From: an uncultured Pelagibacteraceae bacterium
Lineage (GTDB): Bacteria > Pseudomonadota > Alphaproteobacteria > Pelagibacterales > Pelagibacteraceae
Assembly (NCBI GenBank): GCA_902612345.1
Contig: CACMDE010000002.1
Span: forward strand, 96,769 to 160,768
Length of the DNA stretch: 64,000 bases
Direction of reading: 5' to 3'
A model generated the notes under the pieces. It saw only the letters and a list, made by a program, of their open reading frames with translations, was not told the DNA's origin and searched no databases. Made by a program: the position numbers and the translations under genes. This document shows, piece after piece, positions 60,129-64,000 of the stretch; positions within the stretch are counted from its first letter, which is position 1, and the number at the start of each line of letters is the position of its first letter.

Positions 60129-60725
60129 ATGGAAATAATATATTTTTTAATTGCAAGTTTCTTAGTTGTAGTTGTTCCAGGTCCGACTGTAAGTTTAATA
60201 ATAGCTAACTCATTAAAATCTGGAATGAGAGCTGGAATTTTAAACGTAGTAGGAACTCAATTAGGTTTAATTATATTAATCTTGCTCCTCGCATTAGGAT
60301 TTAAAGTAATATCTCCTTTTTTAGAGGATATAATAAAAGTAGTTAGAATAATTGGCGCGGTTTACTTAATGACATTAGGATATTTAAGTTTTACTTCGAA
60401 AAATCTCTTAGATAATTCAGAAAAGTTAAATAAATTTGACAAGAAATTTATATTACAAGGATTAATAGTCATCTTATCAAATCCTAAAGCTTTTTTATTT
60501 CTTGGCGCATTTATTCCTCAGTTTATTAATATAAGCAAACCAATTGGAAGTCAGATAATTTATTTTGGAATTTTATTTATGATTGTAGGTGCAATATTTG
60601 ATGGAATGTATGCAGTGGTGTTTGGTAAATTTAGAGAGATAATAATTAATAAATATATAAATATTTTAAATAAATTAGGTGGAACTTTATTATTTTTTGT
60701 AGGTCTTTGGTTGTTATTTTATTGA
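60129..60725 (+). CDS. LysE/RhtB family exporter
   Basis: VPGPTV, GAVYL, SNPKAFLFLGAFIPQFI. Confidence 0.88.
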   Translation: MEIIYFLIASFLVVVVPGPTVSLIIANSLKSGMRAGILNVVGTQLGLIILILLLALGFKVISPFLEDIIKVVRIIGAVYLMTLGYLSFTSKNLLDNSEKLNKFDKKFILQGLIVILSNPKAFLFLGAFIPQFINISKPIGSQIIYFGILFMIVGAIFDGMYAVVFGKFREIIINKYINILNKLGGTLLFFVGLWLLFY

Positions 60726-60744
60726 TGGATAGTGGACCTATTGA

Positions 60745-61539
60745 TTACAAATCAGGCAACACTGACATTGGATCTAGTCTAGTTTGAAACCAATTAATTC
60801 TAAAATCCAAATGTGGTCCTGTTGATCTTCCAGTTGAACCAACAGTTCCTAGAATATCTCCTTGATTAATTTTATCTCCAACAGAAACTATTACAGTTTC
60901 TAAATGTGAGTAAATTGTTGAGATACCATGACCGTGATCCATAATTACAGTTCCACCAGTATAATAAAGATCATCTTCCGCCATTGTAACAACACCTGTT
61001 CCTGAAGATTTAATTTTAGTTCCTTGTTTTGCGGCAATATCAATTCCATAATGTGGCCATCTAGGTTTACCATTTAGAATTCTTTGACTTCCATAAACGC
61101 CACTTATGATGCCTTCAACTGGCATAATAAATTGATCTTTAAAAAAAGGTAAATCTGAATTGATAGCTCTTGCTTCTCCAATTCTATTATTTTCAGCTTT
61201 AATTCTTTGATATACTTCTTCTGGAGGAGTTACTTTACTTTCCTCTAAGCCATCTATTCTTTGAATATTGTATTTTCTTTTAAGAACTTTCTTGATTATC
61301 TTTTCTTTTTTTCCATTTATAATTTTTGTAATGGTTACATCAAATTTTCTATCTCGATCAATTCCAAAAACAAAATAACCATCTTCAGAGACTTTTACTT
61401 CTTTTTTACCTACAATTATTTTTGAGCCTGGTTCTGTTACTCCAATTATAAAATGACCTTGTAAAAATTTACCCTTAAATTCAACAGCAAATGCATTTGT
61501 GGAGAATATAATTGCTACAAAAAGCAATAATTTTTTCAT
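60745..61539 (-). CDS. M23 family metallopeptidase
   Basis: HYGIDIAA, YSHL, GSTGRSTGPHLD. Confidence 0.9.
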   Translation of the reverse strand: MKKLLLFVAIIFSTNAFAVEFKGKFLQGHFIIGVTEPGSKIIVGKKEVKVSEDGYFVFGIDRDRKFDVTITKIINGKKEKIIKKVLKRKYNIQRIDGLEESKVTPPEEVYQRIKAENNRIGEARAINSDLPFFKDQFIMPVEGIISGVYGSQRILNGKPRWPHYGIDIAAKQGTKIKSSGTGVVTMAEDDLYYTGGTVIMDHGHGISTIYSHLETVIVSVGDKINQGDILGTVGSTGRSTGPHLDFRINWFQTRLDPMSVLPDL

Positions 61540-62306
61540 TATTTAGCTGTCCATCCACCATCTACCAATAGGGAGGTTCCAGTAATCATTGATGCAGCAT
61601 CAGAGGCTAGAAAAACTACAGCGGAAGCAACTTCTGATAATTCTGCGAACCTTCCTAATGGAATGTTATTTAATGTTTCTTTTTTAAATTTTCTATTTTT
61701 TAAAAATTTTTTTGTCATTGGAGTTACAACGAAAGTTGGGCAAATAGTATTAACTCTAATATTGTATTTAGCTAAATCTATAGACATGCCTTTAGTTAAA
61801 CCCTCCAAACCCCACTTGTTCATATTGTAGACACTTCTTATTGGGCCTCCTACATGACCCATTTGAGAAGACATATTAACTATAGCTCCTCCAATTTTCT
61901 TTCTATTTTTTGCTTTGATCATTTTTAAGGCACACAATTGAGCAAGATTAAAAGTTGCTATCGTGTTTATTTTAACAAGATATTCCATATTTTTTGTTTT
62001 AACTTTTGTAAAATGTTCTGGAATATTATTTCCGGCATTATTTATTAATATATCAATTTTTGGTTCTTTATTAATAATACTTTTAATTTCATTGTAATTT
62101 GTAATATCGCAAACATAAGACCTACATTTTGACTTTAATTTTTTAATTTTTTTTGAGACTTCATCTAAATCTTTTTTAGTTCTACTAATTATAACTAAAT
62201 TTGCACCAGCTTCTGCTAAGGCTATAGCACATGCTCTACCCAAGCCTTTACCTGCACCGGTAACAACTGCAGTTTTATTTTTAAGGTTATATTTTTTTAA
62301 ATACAT
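61539..62306 (-). CDS. SDR oxidoreductase, HpsO (DHPS 2-dehydrogenase)-like
   Basis: TGAGKGLG, NNAG, SSQMGHVGG, YNMNK, RVNTICPTF, VDGGWTA. Confidence 0.75.
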   Translation of the reverse strand: MYLKKYNLKNKTAVVTGAGKGLGRACAIALAEAGANLVIISRTKKDLDEVSKKIKKLKSKCRSYVCDITNYNEIKSIINKEPKIDILINNAGNNIPEHFTKVKTKNMEYLVKINTIATFNLAQLCALKMIKAKNRKKIGGAIVNMSSQMGHVGGPIRSVYNMNKWGLEGLTKGMSIDLAKYNIRVNTICPTFVVTPMTKKFLKNRKFKKETLNNIPLGRFAELSEVASAVVFLASDAASMITGTSLLVDGGWTAK

Positions 62307-62308
62307 TT

Positions 62309-62887
62309 TTAAATAAATAGTTTTATATCAGTATAAATCAAATCAACAGCAACAACCAGTATTGCAATTAATCCAAGCCAAGCAATCCACTTATATTTTT
62401 TAATCCAGCCAGAAATTAAAGTAGCTCCAACTGCCATAATAGCTATTGATAAAAGTAATCCGAAAATTAATAAGAAATAATGGTCTTTAGCAGCTCCAGC
62501 TACACCTAAAACATTATCCAAGCTCATTGTAAAATCTGCAATTAAAACAGTTGTAATAGCTTTGAAAAAACTTGAATTATCTACTTTAATATTTTCATGA
62601 TCTTCAGATTGTTTTTTGATTATGTCTACATAAAGTTTGTAAACAATATATAGAAGAGCTAATCCACCAATAAGTCTTATTCCTTGAATTTGTAGTAGAT
62701 AGGCAGTTAGTAAAGTAAGTATTATTCTTAGTACGACTGCACCACTAATTCCCCAAAAAATAATTTTTTTTCTTTGTTCTGGTGGAAACTGAGAGGCAAC
62801 CATACCAATTATAATTGCATTATCTCCTGCTAAAACTAAATCAATTAAAACTATTTGAATAAATATAATGATTTGCTCGGACAACAT
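62309..62887 (-). CDS. TerC family membrane protein (YjbE-like)
   Basis: IDLVLAGDNAIII, ADFTMSLDNVLGVAGAA. Confidence 0.9.
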   Translation of the reverse strand: MLSEQIIIFIQIVLIDLVLAGDNAIIIGMVASQFPPEQRKKIIFWGISGAVVLRIILTLLTAYLLQIQGIRLIGGLALLYIVYKLYVDIIKKQSEDHENIKVDNSSFFKAITTVLIADFTMSLDNVLGVAGAAKDHYFLLIFGLLLSIAIMAVGATLISGWIKKYKWIAWLGLIAILVVAVDLIYTDIKLFI

Positions 62888-64000
62888 TATCCGTTCAATA
62901 TCATATCAGCACCCTTTTCAGCAATCATAATTGTTGGAGCATTTGTATTGCCTGAGGTAATGTTAGGCATAATAGATGCATCTATAACTCTTAAATTTTG
63001 TATTCCTTTTACTTTTAAAGAATCATCTACTACAGCCATTTCATCATTACCCATTTTACACGTTCCAACAGGATGAAAAATTGTTTGAGTATAATCTGAA
63101 CCTGCTTTAACTAATTCTTCATCATCAGTAATATGAACCCCTGGTCTATATTCTTCAGGTTCATATTGTTTAAAAGTTTTAGTCTCTAACATTATTTTTC
63201 TTACAATTTTTAATCCTTGAGCAGCAACTTTTCGATCTTCATCGGTTGATAGATAATTCATTTTAATTTTTGGATATATCCTACTATCATTACTAACGAT
63301 ATTTATTTGGCCTCGACTAGTTGGTCTAACATTAGCAACAGTTGGTGTTATTCCCTCAAAATCATGCATTGGAGTAACTCCTAATATATCAGTGCTTACC
63401 GGCGAGACATGAAATTGTAAATTTGGAGTTGCTCTTGATGGATCACTTTTAACAAATCCACAAACTTGGCTAGCACCCATAGTTACAGGTCCACTTTGAT
63501 TAATTACATACTCTAGCCCCATTAAAAATCTTCCAAATAAGCTTTCAACTTTTCTATTTAATGATTTTAAATTTTTAACTTTATAAACTGGCCTAAACAT
63601 TAAATGGTCTTGTAAATTTTGACCGACACCATTTGATTCATTTACAATTTCTATACCAAGATTTTTTAGTTTTTGAATATTACCAATTCCTGATACTTGT
63701 AAAATATGTGGAGAACCAATTGATCCAGCAGATAAAATTATTTCTTTATTTGCAGTTACCGTGTTTAACTTATCTCCCGTATAATAATTGATACCTATAG
63801 CTTTTTTTCCTTCGAAATTTATTTTTTGAACATGTGCATTAACTTCTATTTTTAAATTTGATCTTTTTTTAACAGGATTTAAATAACCTTTTGCAGCACT
63901 ACATCTTAATTTTAATCCCATTTTATTAAAACTTGTAGTAAATTGAAAAAAACCTACTCCAGTATTATCACCAGTATTAAAATCATTTGTCTTTGGTATT
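62887..64000 (-). CDS. GMC oxidoreductase (choline dehydrogenase-like), 5' end outside the window
   Basis: Frame stays open to the window edge (DFNTGDNTGVGFFQ); LSAGSIGSPHIL, GQNLQDHL, FHPVGTCKMG, GNTNAPTIMIAEK. Confidence 0.88.
   Translation of the reverse strand, partial: IPKTNDFNTGDNTGVGFFQFTTSFNKMGLKLRCSAAKGYLNPVKKRSNLKIEVNAHVQKINFEGKKAIGINYYTGDKLNTVTANKEIILSAGSIGSPHILQVSGIGNIQKLKNLGIEIVNESNGVGQNLQDHLMFRPVYKVKNLKSLNRKVESLFGRFLMGLEYVINQSGPVTMGASQVCGFVKSDPSRATPNLQFHVSPVSTDILGVTPMHDFEGITPTVANVRPTSRGQINIVSNDSRIYPKIKMNYLSTDEDRKVAAQGLKIVRKIMLETKTFKQYEPEEYRPGVHITDDEELVKAGSDYTQTIFHPVGTCKMGNDEMAVVDDSLKVKGIQNLRVIDASIMPNITSGNTNAPTIMIAEKGADMILNG

Noticed and set aside
2791-63076. Many short ORFs in the track lying antisense to or inside long genes (e.g. 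2791-2985, 5367-5738, 17936-18274, 39680-40255, 40773-41213, 50468-50836, 57364-57571)
   Set aside because: They overlap well-supported genes, have no recognisable motifs and look like shadow frames.
1-64000. CRISPR arrays, tRNA/rRNA genes, riboswitches, IS elements, prophage or defence genes
   Set aside because: No spaced repeats, cloverleafs, recognisable aptamers, transposases, integrases or nuclease motifs seen by eye, and most intergenic gaps are too short. An Infernal/Rfam scan would be needed to exclude small structured RNAs.

Overview
Very AT-rich, gene-dense chromosomal segment with tiny intergenic spaces. Gene content and sequence style fit a streamlined marine alphaproteobacterium, most likely SAR11/Pelagibacterales (inference). 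I found no rRNA, tRNA, CRISPR array, integrase or transposase. The window is mostly osmolyte and dissolved-organic-matter catabolism: (1) 1.8-21 kb, a quaternary-amine block with a choline dehydrogenase, a PhnZ/TmpB-like HD oxygenase, a TauD-like dioxygenase, a thioesterase, a BKACE, an SDR, a ProXWV-type ABC transporter, a gamma-butyrobetaine hydroxylase-like enzyme, a dimethylglycine dehydrogenase-like enzyme and EtfBA/ETF-QO; (2) housekeeping genes hisI, folE, acuI and a LysR regulator; (3) an Fe(III) ABC transporter behind tandem Fur-type boxes; (4) a sugar ABC transporter with a GH63-like glycoside hydrolase; (5) a sulfonate block (hpsN, pta-like, comC-like, tauABC, omega-aminotransferase, ald, hpsO-like) interrupted by a small cell-surface glycosylation cassette. 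Best leads: a putative iron regulon with two Cys-rich microproteins (a 60-aa, 8-Cys protein behind two Fur-type palindromes, and a 56-aa CxxCxxxC ORF missing from the ORF track, directly after the Fe-binding protein and followed by a hairpin with an anti-SD-like loop); a TauD + PhnZ-like + BetA operon that may be a new phosphonate or betaine C-P cleavage route; and a double-HTH regulator divergent from two single-pass microproteins. All functional calls come from motif recognition by eye; no database searches were run.
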